IMG/VR virus record: IMGVR_UViG_3300023174_002543
Span: 62,001 to 126,000 of that record
Strand: one strand, 5' to 3'
DNA: 64,000 nucleotides
How positions within the stretch are numbered: position 1 is the stretch's first letter; each line of letters begins with the position of its first letter. The notes beneath the pieces are model-generated. The model made no database searches. It was not told the DNA's origin and saw only the letters and a program-made list of their open reading frames with translations. Of the stretch, positions 1 through 10,233 are shown piece by piece. The position numbers were made by a program, and so were the translations under genes.

Positions 1-168
1 GCATATGGCAATAGTCCAAACAGCTTTAAGTTCAAAGAAAAGGGCGAAGCAGCACCAAAAGCAAAACACGGCGATGACGGTCAAAATACTAAGTCTATTG
101 TAGGCGAAGGTAAAAAGTCTGTTAAAAAACCAGTAGCTAAAACTACAACAAAGAAAATTGTTAAGTAA
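1..168 (+). CDS. 3' end of a Lys-rich protein upstream of the prohead protease (position of T4 prohead core genes); function unknown
   Basis: Frame 1 is open from base 1 (AYGNSPNSFKFKEKGEAAPKAKHGDDG...KKIVK) to TAA at 166-168; truncated by the window edge. Confidence 0.6.
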   Translation, partial: AYGNSPNSFKFKEKGEAAPKAKHGDDGQNTKSIVGEGKKSVKKPVAKTTTKKIVK

Positions 169-182
169 GGTAACCTGAGATA

Positions 183-818
183 ATGGCTTTGTATCTTAAG
201 GAAAATTTAACATTCGACCGTGCAAGCATGGTGGTTGAGTCCGTTAAAGAAGACGGTGATAAAAAGAGCCTTTACATGAAAGGCATCTTCATTCAGGGTG
301 GGGTTAAAAACGCTAATGAGCGTGTTTACCCCGTTTCTGAAATTGAAAACGCAGTACAAACATTAAACGAACAAATATCAGAAGGTAATTCAGTTCTTGG
401 TGAAGTGGATCATCCTGATGATTTAAAAATTAACCTAGACCGTGTATCACATATGATTACATCTATGTGGATGGACGGAGCTAATGGTTTCGGTAAATTA
501 AAGATTTTACCAACTCCAATGGGACAACTAGTATCAACTATGTTAGAAAGTGGAGTGAAGTTAGGAGTAAGTTCCAGAGGCAGCGGCAACGTTGATGAAG
601 GATCAGGCAAGGTTAGTGACTTTGAAATAGTCACTGTGGATATTGTCGCACAGCCAAGTGCACCTAATGCATACCCTAAAGCAATTTATGAAGGAATGAT
701 GAACTTACGTCATGGTCATAGAATGTTGGATATTGCAAAAGATGCACAAACTGACAAAAAAGTACAGAAATATTTGAAGGATGAGGTAACTCGTCTTATC
801 AATAATCTGAAGTTATAA
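183..818 (+). CDS. gp21: T4-like prohead maturation protease
   Basis: Motifs YMKGIFIQGGVKNANERVYP, LGEVDHP (His), GVSSRGSG (Ser), VDIVAQPSAPNAYP (Asp); synteny with scaffold and capsid genes. Confidence 0.95.
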   Translation: MALYLKENLTFDRASMVVESVKEDGDKKSLYMKGIFIQGGVKNANERVYPVSEIENAVQTLNEQISEGNSVLGEVDHPDDLKINLDRVSHMITSMWMDGANGFGKLKILPTPMGQLVSTMLESGVKLGVSSRGSGNVDEGSGKVSDFEIVTVDIVAQPSAPNAYPKAIYEGMMNLRHGHRMLDIAKDAQTDKKVQKYLKDEVTRLINNLKL

Positions 819-829
819 AGGGGAACAGC

Positions 830-1930
830 ATGTTTGATGCTATCAAACCATTACTTGATACAGGAATCATCAATGAAGAAACCAGCCAAGCTATAAACGA
901 AGCATGGGAATCTAAATTGAATGAGGCTAAGGAACAAGTACGTGCAGAATTGAGAGAAGAATTTGCACAACGTTATGACCACGATAAAAGCATAATGGTA
1001 GAAGCCCTAGATAAAATGGTTACAGAAGGCTTGACAGCAGAAATTGAAGAATTTCAAGCTGAAAAGGCTGCAATGAACGAAGACCGTGTGAAAGCACATC
1101 AAAAACTACGTGAAAACGCAAGTAAATTCAATGAATTCATGGTAACAAAGTTATCAGAAGAAATCAAAGAACTACGTAGTGAGCGTAAACTACAACTAGA
1201 AAGTCAGCAAAAGTTAGAGCAATTTATTGTTCATGCTTTAGCAAGAGAAATTAAAGAATTCTCACAAGACAAACAAGCAGTAGTTGAAGCAAAGGTTAAG
1301 TTAGTTGCAGAAGGACGTAAACAGTTAGAAGCATTGAAAGCAAAATTTGTTGCTGAAAGTGGAAAACGTGTTAACGAATCTGTTGCTAAACATCTAAAAG
1401 GCGAATTAAGCCAATTAAAAGAAGATATTAAGACCGCACGTGAAAACGATTTTGGTCGCCGTATTTTTGAAAGTTTCGCTAGTGAATTCAGTACAACTCA
1501 TTTAAATGAGAAGGCTGATACTCGTAAGTTAATGCAAGCATTAGCTCAAAAGGAAGAACAATTAGCAGAATCCACACAGAAAATAGCCGAAGCTAAGAAA
1601 TTAGTTGAAAGCAAAGAACGTGAAGTTCGTATTATCAAAGAATCTAGTAGCCGTCAAAAAGCTATGGATGAGTTGTTATCTACTCTAAATGAGGAAAAAG
1701 CAACTGTAATGCGTGACTTACTAGAAAGCGTCCAAACACCTCGTCTACAGGCCGCTTTCGATAAGTATTTACCAAGTGTTTTGAATACAATTACAGAAAA
1801 GAAAGAAAGTAAAAAAGCTGTCTTGTCTGAGAGTGTAAAAGAAGTTACTGGTAATAAATCTGCCACAAAACAAGTTGAAGCCGAAGACCGTAATAACGTT
1901 ATCGACCTTAGACGTTTGGCAGGGCTTTAA
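830..1930 (+). CDS. gp22: T4-like prohead core scaffold protein
   Basis: 366 aa, E/K-rich predicted coiled coil between protease and capsid genes; several (L/I)xE motifs of the gp21 cleavage type. Confidence 0.85.
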   Translation: MFDAIKPLLDTGIINEETSQAINEAWESKLNEAKEQVRAELREEFAQRYDHDKSIMVEALDKMVTEGLTAEIEEFQAEKAAMNEDRVKAHQKLRENASKFNEFMVTKLSEEIKELRSERKLQLESQQKLEQFIVHALAREIKEFSQDKQAVVEAKVKLVAEGRKQLEALKAKFVAESGKRVNESVAKHLKGELSQLKEDIKTARENDFGRRIFESFASEFSTTHLNEKADTRKLMQALAQKEEQLAESTQKIAEAKKLVESKEREVRIIKESSSRQKAMDELLSTLNEEKATVMRDLLESVQTPRLQAAFDKYLPSVLNTITEKKESKKAVLSESVKEVTGNKSATKQVEAEDRNNVIDLRRLAGL

Positions 1931-1960
1931 TCAAAAAAGACATATTAGGAGAATATAAAA

Positions 1961-3157
1961 ATGTCACAAGTTCTATTAGAAAGCCGTTGGGATGAGACTA
2001 AAGAAGCCCTACTTGAAGGTCTTAAAGGTACTCGCCGCTCAACAATGCAAGTTATTCTTGAGAATACTCGCAAATCACTTCTTGCTGAATCTTCAGCAGG
2101 CACAACAACTGCAGGTAACATCGCTACATTAAACCGTGTGATTCTACCAGTTATCCGTCGTGTAATGCCAACAGTTATCGCTAACGAGTTGGTAGGCGTT
2201 CAGCCAATGACAGGTCCAGTTGGTCAAATCCATACACTACGTGTACGTTATGCAGGTACTTTGAGTGATACTTCAGCTGCCGCAACATCAGTTCAAGCTG
2301 GTGAAGAAGCATTGAGTCCATTCAAAATTGCTCAAGCATACTCTACACAACGTAGTGACAGCAATGCATCAAGCATTTACACTGGTAATAACACTGCTAC
2401 CCTAGAAGGTAACGGTGGTAAGAATATCAGCGTACAAATCTTGAGACAAGCTGTTGAAGCTAAGTCACGTAAGTTACAAGCAAGATGGACATTTGAAGCT
2501 GCTCAAGACGCACAAAGCCAACATGGTATTGACGTTGAAGCAGAAATTATGGCCGCATTAGCACAAGAAATTACTGCTGAAATCGACCAAGAAATTCTAT
2601 TGTCATTAAGCACATTAGCTACACAAGAGTATACATACAATCAAGCAACAGTATCAGGTACTGCTACATTCGTTGGTGACGAACACGCTGCTTTAGCGGT
2701 TCTAATCAACCGTGCTGCAAACTTGATTGCACAACGCACACGTCGTGGTGCTGGTAACTGGGCAGTTGTATCACCTGCAGCATTGACAGTATTGCAATCA
2801 GCAACTACTTCAGCGTTTGCACGTACAACAGAAGGTACATTCGAAGCACCTACAAACACTAAGTTTGTTGGTACATTGAATGGTGCAATGCGTGTTTTCG
2901 TTAACACATATGCTCCAGACACACAAGCTGTTCTAGTTGGTTACAAAGGTTCATCAGAGACAGATGCAGCGGCATTCTATTGCCCATACATCCCATTGAT
3001 GAGTTCTGGTGTTGTTCTAGATCCATCAACATTCGAACCAGTCGTATCATTTATGACACGTTATGGTTATATCGAATTGACAAACACTGCATCATCTTTC
3101 GGTAATGCAGCAGATTACTTGAGCGAAATCGCTGTAAGTAACTTGACATTCTATTAA
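1961..3157 (+). CDS. gp23: T4-like major capsid protein
   Basis: VIRRVMPTVIANELVGVQPMTGPVGQIHTLR, VEAKSRKLQARWTFEAAQDAQSQHGIDVEAEI, EITAEIDQEIL, FYCPYIPL, SFMTRYG; AGGAG RBS upstream. Confidence 0.97.
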   Translation: MSQVLLESRWDETKEALLEGLKGTRRSTMQVILENTRKSLLAESSAGTTTAGNIATLNRVILPVIRRVMPTVIANELVGVQPMTGPVGQIHTLRVRYAGTLSDTSAAATSVQAGEEALSPFKIAQAYSTQRSDSNASSIYTGNNTATLEGNGGKNISVQILRQAVEAKSRKLQARWTFEAAQDAQSQHGIDVEAEIMAALAQEITAEIDQEILLSLSTLATQEYTYNQATVSGTATFVGDEHAALAVLINRAANLIAQRTRRGAGNWAVVSPAALTVLQSATTSAFARTTEGTFEAPTNTKFVGTLNGAMRVFVNTYAPDTQAVLVGYKGSSETDAAAFYCPYIPLMSSGVVLDPSTFEPVVSFMTRYGYIELTNTASSFGNAADYLSEIAVSNLTFY

Positions 3158-3181
3158 TCTAACCTTAGATTACATGAAAAT

Positions 3182-3212
3182 AAAAAAGAGCACTTCGGTG
3201 CTCTTTTTATTG
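3182..3212 (+). terminator. Intrinsic terminator after gp23, possibly bidirectional
   Basis: AAAAAGAGCAC-TTCG-GTGCTCTTTTT: 11-bp stem, UUCG tetraloop, A/T tracts on both sides. Confidence 0.9.
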
Positions 3213-3239
3213 GGCAATAATTACTATTACATAATAATG

Positions 3240-3246
3240 ATAAATA
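3240..3246 (+). promoter_or_regulatory. T4-type late promoter candidate ATAAATA
   Basis: Matches the T4 TATAAATA late -10 core; intergenic, after the terminator and 27 nt before the ATG at 3273. Confidence 0.7.
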
Positions 3247-3272
3247 CTCAATAGGATATATTCAAGGCAACC

Positions 3273-3983
3273 ATGGCAGCACCAGATCCATTCAATTCAG
3301 TAGGCGGTTATACAGTTGGAATCCCACCGCTACCAATTATTTCAGCTAATGGCAATATAAGTGCGGGTAATATCTCTGCTGATAATCTAACTATTACCTC
3401 TAATGTAACAGTCGGCGGAGATATTCGTGCGACCGGAGACATATATGGAGATACTTTTTATGGTAAGTTCGATGGCGCCATATCAGGAACATTAAATGTT
3501 CCGGGATTGTCTACTCAAATACTTTACAATACAAATGGTAATGCCGATGCTAGCCAAAATTTAACCTTTAATGCATCTACAAATACCCTTACTGTTCTAA
3601 ATGGATCTGTAACAGCTAATTCAATTACATTGGGTACAGGTCAAAATCAATTTAATACATCTTCTGTGTTTCGTTTAACTACATCTAGTACTGCACCTGA
3701 TCAAATATTAAATACAGTAAACGCATCTACAGTTTGTAGTATGGATTATATGATTATAGCAACTGATCCTGTAGCAAGCCGTAGACAAACAAGCAAAATT
3801 ATGGCTACTATATTAAACGGAAATGTTGAATATTATGAATACGGTACAATACAGGTACCTAATACAAGCCCGGGAGTCGCGGATCTTAAAGTGGCATATG
3901 TTGGTGGCAACGTTAATTTAACAGTAACACCTCTAACTAATAGTGTCAACTATAAAATAATGATAACAAGTTATAAAGAATAA
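3273..3983 (+). CDS. Virion fibre/decoration-like protein; N-terminal FNxxxG motif, C-terminal ~100-aa beta domain (here 'X')
   Basis: 236 aa; starts MAAPDPFNSVGGYTVG; C-terminal domain shared with 6026 and 10234. Confidence 0.6.
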   Translation: MAAPDPFNSVGGYTVGIPPLPIISANGNISAGNISADNLTITSNVTVGGDIRATGDIYGDTFYGKFDGAISGTLNVPGLSTQILYNTNGNADASQNLTFNASTNTLTVLNGSVTANSITLGTGQNQFNTSSVFRLTTSSTAPDQILNTVNASTVCSMDYMIIATDPVASRRQTSKIMATILNGNVEYYEYGTIQVPNTSPGVADLKVAYVGGNVNLTVTPLTNSVNYKIMITSYKE

Positions 3984-3994
3984 GGAAAACAAAA

Positions 3995-6013
3995 ATGGCA
4001 ATAAGAACATTTAATTCAGTGGCAGGTTTCTCAGTAGGTGAAGTACCAGAGACAATTATTACAACGACTGGTAACGTCACTACCGGTAACTTACTAACTG
4101 ACAATTTATATAAAGCAGACGGAGTAACTACATGGAATCTAAACGAAGCAGCAGGCTCTGTTAATCAGATTCAATTTAGTGACGGTAATGATTTAGATGC
4201 AAGCGCAAACTTAACATTTGTCGATGGTGCAAATCCAGTTTTAACTATCACAGGTAATGCTAACGTTACTAACGATTTGATTACATCAACTATTGTTACT
4301 GCCACCGGTGATCTTGTTATTGCTCCTGCAGCAGGTGGTGTTGTTAGTATTGCTGATACAGATGGAGGATCAACTGGTATTCAAGTTGGCACACCTACTG
4401 TAGGTAGTTTAACAAGCAATGCAGTTACTATGACTACTGAAACTAGTGTTACAGATGGCATTGCACAACTAAATGAAATCTTAGGTAAACTAGTTCCAGC
4501 TGCACCTCCTGATTTCCCTGCAAGTCAAACTATTGCAATTCAGAGTTTGTCATCATATCGTATGACTAACTTTACGCAAACTGATAATACTAGCACACAA
4601 GGTCATTCAGTAGCAGGTGGAACTACAGTTAACAAAATACGTAGAGCAAGTTCATATACTACTAACACTATAACAAATGCAGGTCCAGGCAATAACGGTA
4701 GAATTACTGCATATTTAAATGGTGTTGATGCTGGCAACGTGACATTAACTAATGCTCTTACTGGCGCAGGTACATATGGTAATTTAGTAATTACTAACAA
4801 TGTTGATTATAATGCAGTTAGCCCAAGCACACCTGCTGATTTTTGGAGTGTATTTTCAGCGACGGCAACTGGATCAGTAAGCCAAGGTTGGAATGAAGTT
4901 TATATACGTGATTCAGCAACTAATGCTAATACTAACGTAGTTCAATGGTATTATGATGCAAGTAATCCAGGTACACCGGTATTCAGTAGTACTTCAATTA
5001 CTGCACCAGTTAGTCCAACATTAACTTATTCAAGTACAATTCCACATTATGATTCTAGCAATCAATTTACTATTAATTTTAGTGTTAACAAACTAAGCGG
5101 TGATGTATATCCAACAAGCGATACATTTATAACAGGTACTGCAGGTGGCGCATTTAATGCCCCCGCTAGCGTAACATACGCAACGGCAGGTGTTACAACT
5201 CCATTAGCAAGAAATTTACATGTATCTAGTGGAACACAATCAGTAACAACTACTGCAGGTATTATTACTGGATTTGGTTCAAGTTCAGGTAGTCCTTCAG
5301 TAACGGTGAATAATAGTTATAATACTGCAAGTCAATCATTTGCTCCTGGTAAAACTGTACTATACAAGACAGGTACTGGTAGTTTAATGGAAGAAACTTC
5401 TATAACTATTGGTAGTACTATTGGTTCAGGTTCTGGATCAGCATCACGTATTGTTAATCCAGGTAGTGCAGATACACCGGCTATTTCAGCAAGTGCTTCT
5501 TTATTCAACAGTCAAACAGGCACGTTGCAAACATATGATGCAACAATTTCTGCCGGCGTACTAAAAAATGATGTGACTGATTATTCAACTGGATATTTTC
5601 CAGCTGGACCTAATTTAAGCGGTCAAGCTGCATCACAATATTTCACATTTAGATTTATTAGAACTTCTGTGAGTAAGTTTGATATTAAATGGACTGGTAC
5701 ACTTGCCGGATTATGGGTAGCATTACCAGGTAGTGTTATTGATACTAGCTCTACTTTGAACGGTTGGTTAACATTAGCTACTGCATATGCAGGAGCAGGA
5801 CAACCAGGTGCAGGAACTGGAGGTAACGGTAGTAACGGTGCTTCATTGGGTGGTACTGCTCCATTAGGAACGGCACAAACTAATAAGAGAATTACTGCAA
5901 CATTTGGTACTGCAAGTAGTTCAGGATCCGCAACAAATGAAATTTATGTAAGAATTAAATTAAACACTGGTCATTCAATCACGGCTCTATCATTAGAGAC
6001 AGCAAGCAATTAA
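3995..6013 (+). CDS. Virion structural protein, S/T/G-rich beta protein
   Basis: 672 aa; starts MAIRTFNSVAGFSVG; contains the NLYKADG..WNL..AAG..QIQF module shared with 6026 and 14047; AAGGA RBS. Confidence 0.6.
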   Translation: MAIRTFNSVAGFSVGEVPETIITTTGNVTTGNLLTDNLYKADGVTTWNLNEAAGSVNQIQFSDGNDLDASANLTFVDGANPVLTITGNANVTNDLITSTIVTATGDLVIAPAAGGVVSIADTDGGSTGIQVGTPTVGSLTSNAVTMTTETSVTDGIAQLNEILGKLVPAAPPDFPASQTIAIQSLSSYRMTNFTQTDNTSTQGHSVAGGTTVNKIRRASSYTTNTITNAGPGNNGRITAYLNGVDAGNVTLTNALTGAGTYGNLVITNNVDYNAVSPSTPADFWSVFSATATGSVSQGWNEVYIRDSATNANTNVVQWYYDASNPGTPVFSSTSITAPVSPTLTYSSTIPHYDSSNQFTINFSVNKLSGDVYPTSDTFITGTAGGAFNAPASVTYATAGVTTPLARNLHVSSGTQSVTTTAGIITGFGSSSGSPSVTVNNSYNTASQSFAPGKTVLYKTGTGSLMEETSITIGSTIGSGSGSASRIVNPGSADTPAISASASLFNSQTGTLQTYDATISAGVLKNDVTDYSTGYFPAGPNLSGQAASQYFTFRFIRTSVSKFDIKWTGTLAGLWVALPGSVIDTSSTLNGWLTLATAYAGAGQPGAGTGGNGSNGASLGGTAPLGTAQTNKRITATFGTASSSGSATNEIYVRIKLNTGHSITALSLETASN

Positions 6014-6025
6014 GGATAAAATATT

Positions 6026-8329
6026 ATGGCAATATCAGACGCACAAAAAGTAGACCTGTTATTTAAACAGGCATTCGGTGTAACTAAAACAGATACATCG
6101 ACTAATAAAAGTCCAAGTAATGAAGCTATTGCTAGTCCAGCGATAGTTCGCGGCGATAAAATTTGGAGTCAATCCGATCAGATACCAGGAACAGCGGCGG
6201 TCACTAGTGGAATTGTTGAACTTAAAAAGGTAGAATGTACCATTGATAATACTACTGTTCCTATAGGAGGTATTTACCCTACTTGGAAGACTGCATATAC
6301 TAATTGGATTCCTGTAGAATTTGGTCCTACATATTCTGTAAAAGTTTACGTTAATAATACTGGACAAAGTGCTGATCCTAGCGCAGGTGGTACGCAAATA
6401 TTTGATGCTGGTGTAGGTGGAGTAGGTGAATTTTACTTTAACTATAGCTCAGGCGTACTAAACTTTATTGGTGGCACGATACCTGCAGCATTGACAGGTA
6501 GTAAGAAGATTTATGTAGTTGGTTATAGATATATAGGTAGCGTTGGCTCTGCCGCACTACCATCAAATACTAATATTGGTAACATTAATATTACCGGTAA
6601 TACAATTAGTACTACTGACAATAATGGTAATACTGTTATAAGTGGTAATGGTACAGGTGGTGTAGAAATTGGTGGTACTGGTAATCTATATGCTACTAAC
6701 TTTATCGCTAGCGGTAATGTATATACTGATTCACTATTATATGCAAACGGTCAAGCATGGGACTTGCAAGAAGCAGCCGGTACTGATGGACAAATACAGT
6801 TCAACACCGGTGATAATTTTGCTGCAGATGCAAATTTATCATTCGACAGCGGTAACGCTAATCTAAAGATTATTGGTAATATTAACGTAGGTAGTACTGG
6901 TAATATAAAACTATACGGTAATGGCGCAATTAGTGCAACATCTATTAATGCTAATATAAGCGGTGACGTTGCTAATATTGGTGCTAACCTAAATGTATTG
7001 TACAATTATAATGGTAAGCTATCAAGTAATTCTACATTCCAATACACACCAGGATCAAATGCATTAACAGTTGGTAATAGTGTTACTAGTAACTACTTTA
7101 TTGGTAAATTTGATAGTACATCAAGTAACCAGTCAAATATTACTACATTAGGTAACTTAACAGTATTACAAGTTGGTAATACATCTACTACCGGCATTGT
7201 AAAACTTGACACAAATGGTAATGCTAATGCAGTTAACTTTAATGCATCAGGTGACATCAATGCAGTAAATGCAACATTCACTGGTAACTTAACTGTAACC
7301 GGTACAACTACATTCGTAAACACAACCGTTACTAGTATCAAAGATCCATTATTAACCTTAGGTGGTAATACTGACGGTGGTAATGCTACTTCATATGATG
7401 GTAAAGATAGAGGTTTAGTATTAGATAACTATACGAATGGTGTAACTCCTGGCCCATTAAATCAAGCATTCATTTGGAGAACATCTACTGGTCAATTTGA
7501 AGTTGGTGCAAACGTAGAAGTAACAGATAACGTTGTTGATATAAAACAATATGGAAATATAAAGGCATTAACATTCAAGGGTAATATTGATGCAACTAAT
7601 ATTGCAGGTACTCTTACTACTGCAAGTCAACCAAATATCACTAGTGTTGGTACATTGACCAGTGCAAATATTTCTGGATTGGCTAACGTAAGTCAATTAA
7701 AAGTTGGCGCAGTAATTTATCCCAATGTTGTAGGAACAGATGGTCAATATTTAAGAATAAATGCTACAAGTAATACAGTATATTATAGCAGTTTAGATAC
7801 AAGTAAAGTAGCAAATGGTACTACAGAGATAGAGTTATTAGAAGACAGTGATATAACATTTACAGTCGACGGAATAGCTAATGTTGTCATATTCAACACT
7901 GACGGAGCAAATATTGATGGTAACGCAAATGTATCAGGTAATGTAAATGCAATCGGCTCATTGAATGCGGATAGCGCAAATGTAACAAATGTTGTTATTG
8001 GTAATAGTAGCATTAGGGCCGCTACAGTAACTACTACTACAACATCATTGACTACCTTAGTAGCGTTAGACGCAGGTACATTTAGAGGTGTAGAATTTAT
8101 AATTAAGGGTGAAAATTCAACTGGTGGTAGATACAGTATTGCTACTATATTAGCAGTACACGACGGCGACAATCCGGTTGCAGTAGACTTTACTTCATAT
8201 GGATTAGTTAATTTAGGTGGTCAAACCGGAGTACTTACAGTAACCGGAGACGTAGATACAGTATATTTAAAAGTAACACCTAATAGCAATCAGTCAACTA
8301 TTTGGACAATTCAGTATAGACTAATCTAA
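6026..8329 (+). CDS. Fibre-like structural protein ending in domain X
   Basis: 767 aa; DP..G..DG.DRG module, TASQPNITSVGTL repeat, C-terminal X domain. Confidence 0.6.
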   Translation: MAISDAQKVDLLFKQAFGVTKTDTSTNKSPSNEAIASPAIVRGDKIWSQSDQIPGTAAVTSGIVELKKVECTIDNTTVPIGGIYPTWKTAYTNWIPVEFGPTYSVKVYVNNTGQSADPSAGGTQIFDAGVGGVGEFYFNYSSGVLNFIGGTIPAALTGSKKIYVVGYRYIGSVGSAALPSNTNIGNINITGNTISTTDNNGNTVISGNGTGGVEIGGTGNLYATNFIASGNVYTDSLLYANGQAWDLQEAAGTDGQIQFNTGDNFAADANLSFDSGNANLKIIGNINVGSTGNIKLYGNGAISATSINANISGDVANIGANLNVLYNYNGKLSSNSTFQYTPGSNALTVGNSVTSNYFIGKFDSTSSNQSNITTLGNLTVLQVGNTSTTGIVKLDTNGNANAVNFNASGDINAVNATFTGNLTVTGTTTFVNTTVTSIKDPLLTLGGNTDGGNATSYDGKDRGLVLDNYTNGVTPGPLNQAFIWRTSTGQFEVGANVEVTDNVVDIKQYGNIKALTFKGNIDATNIAGTLTTASQPNITSVGTLTSANISGLANVSQLKVGAVIYPNVVGTDGQYLRINATSNTVYYSSLDTSKVANGTTEIELLEDSDITFTVDGIANVVIFNTDGANIDGNANVSGNVNAIGSLNADSANVTNVVIGNSSIRAATVTTTTTSLTTLVALDAGTFRGVEFIIKGENSTGGRYSIATILAVHDGDNPVAVDFTSYGLVNLGGQTGVLTVTGDVDTVYLKVTPNSNQSTIWTIQYRLI

Positions 8330-8333
8330 TCTA

Positions 8334-8347
8334 ATAAGTATATAAAT
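8334..8347 (+). promoter_or_regulatory. Late promoter-like ATAAGTA / TATAAAT
   Basis: Intergenic ATAAGTA immediately followed by TATAAATG overlapping the start codon. Confidence 0.4.
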
Positions 8348-10232
8348 GGCAATCAAAAATTTTAATGTTGAACATGGCTTATCTGTCAATGATGTAACAA
8401 TCGTAGACAGTAATGCCAATGTTACTGCAAATACTTTAATATCTAATAACATTATTAGTACTAGCGGCACTAATAGTAATATTACCATCAATCCTGATGG
8501 TACCGGTATTATTGATGTAAGCAATAAAAAGATTAGTAATTTAGCTGAACCAATACTTGCAACAGACGCTGCTACAAAGGGTTATGTAGATGCGACTGCT
8601 CAAGGATTGAGTATTAAAAACTCAGTTCAATATGCAACAACTACTAATATTTTATTAGACGGAACAGTAACTACAATAGATGGTAAAACAGTAACTACCG
8701 GAGATCGTGTTCTAGTTAAAGACCAAACAGATAAAAGTAAAAATGGTATATACATAGCAAATACCACAGGTTCATGGACTCGTTCAGCAGATATGAATAT
8801 TGCTACTGAGATTTATGGTGCATTTACATTCGTTGAGACAGGTACTGAAAATCAATCAACTGGATGGGTAACTACTAATTCACCGCTAGATCCATTCACA
8901 TTGAATACAACTGATATAATATGGACACAGTTTAGTGGTACAGGTTCAGATATCAGTACAGATATAAACACGTTACATGTAACAGGTGGTACAAAAGATT
9001 ATGTATTGGCAGCTTCTGATAGTTTAGGTAACGTTGCTTTTGCTAATATTGCAAATTATTTCTTAGTTAAAACTGATATAACTACAGTGGTTGCAGGATC
9101 TACATTGGCCTTTACAATAGACTATGCTAATACTAGCTATCCCGGTGGAATATATACATTACAGCAATTGGGCCCGGTAAGTATGTCAATAAGCGACCAG
9201 TGGTCAATATCAGGTTCTAACGTTGGGACAACAAAAAACGCTTATGCAAATTATGTAGCAACTCAAGTTAATACTGCAAATGTAACAATAGCATTTACGT
9301 TAGCTAATGCTAATTTTAGTTTACAAACAACGGATACATTAACTATTGGTAGCACAGTAATAAATGACAGCAGTTCACCTAATCTAAGAACATTGTTATC
9401 TTCAATAAATGGAGTAAGTTCAGGTACTGTTACTATTCCAGCTACGAGTTTAAATGCAAACATAAACGCTAATGGGTTGAATACGGTAACAAACATAGTA
9501 AGCGTCAACCTTACTAATAGTAGAGGATCAACCGGTGCAGGTGTAAGTACGGCAAGTGGTACGAGTTTAGTGGCGACTGCTCCTACTGCATATAGTGTAA
9601 ACTCTATATCAGGTAGCTTCCCAAGTAGCAGTATACCATATTGGAGTTTAAATCAAACGTTTAACTGGACAGTGAGTACTACGGGCACTACTAGTGCGGG
9701 CAATTTAACATATAGCGGTGGCGCAATAAGCACTACCAGTTTATCAAGTGTGGGTGGCGCAAGCGGAACTAGCGGTAGCATAGATAGCACAAGTAGTTAT
9801 ACTATTACAACTAGTGATTATTATGGATTAGGATTAAATGGATATGGTAATAGAACTATTCCTAGTGCAGTAAATGGTACAGTAAGTGCTGCAACTAAAT
9901 ATTATCCGTTGTTTTGGAAGACAACTTCCAGTAGTGCATTACCAACCATAACAGTTAGTGATAGCCGTAATTCTAATAACTATGCTCTAGGGCAAGGTGC
10001 TACTACATCAACCACTGCTAGTAATTATCTTTGGTTAGCTATACCAAACGCAGGTAATGCTGCACCTTTGGCAAGTCATACCTTTAAGCATGTGTTTGGT
10101 GGATTTGATATTGTTGATACTCCTACGGTAACGGGCACACAATCTATATCTTCAGGCGGACAGAGTTACAATTATTCAATATATGGCTTTAGTGGTTTTA
10201 CGACAGCATCACTTATAATAACAACATCATAA
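8346..10232 (+). CDS. Tail-fibre-like protein with DAATKGYVD stalk, GDRVLVKDQ domain and C-terminal ~380-aa region 'Y'
   Basis: 628 aa; ISNLAEP..TDAATKGYVD and GDRVLVKDQT..KNGIY..WTRSAD are common phage fibre motifs; C-terminal region paralogous to 19408. Confidence 0.65.
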   Translation: MAIKNFNVEHGLSVNDVTIVDSNANVTANTLISNNIISTSGTNSNITINPDGTGIIDVSNKKISNLAEPILATDAATKGYVDATAQGLSIKNSVQYATTTNILLDGTVTTIDGKTVTTGDRVLVKDQTDKSKNGIYIANTTGSWTRSADMNIATEIYGAFTFVETGTENQSTGWVTTNSPLDPFTLNTTDIIWTQFSGTGSDISTDINTLHVTGGTKDYVLAASDSLGNVAFANIANYFLVKTDITTVVAGSTLAFTIDYANTSYPGGIYTLQQLGPVSMSISDQWSISGSNVGTTKNAYANYVATQVNTANVTIAFTLANANFSLQTTDTLTIGSTVINDSSSPNLRTLLSSINGVSSGTVTIPATSLNANINANGLNTVTNIVSVNLTNSRGSTGAGVSTASGTSLVATAPTAYSVNSISGSFPSSSIPYWSLNQTFNWTVSTTGTTSAGNLTYSGGAISTTSLSSVGGASGTSGSIDSTSSYTITTSDYYGLGLNGYGNRTIPSAVNGTVSAATKYYPLFWKTTSSSALPTITVSDSRNSNNYALGQGATTSTTASNYLWLAIPNAGNAAPLASHTFKHVFGGFDIVDTPTVTGTQSISSGGQSYNYSIYGFSGFTTASLIITTS

Positions 10233-10233
10233 T

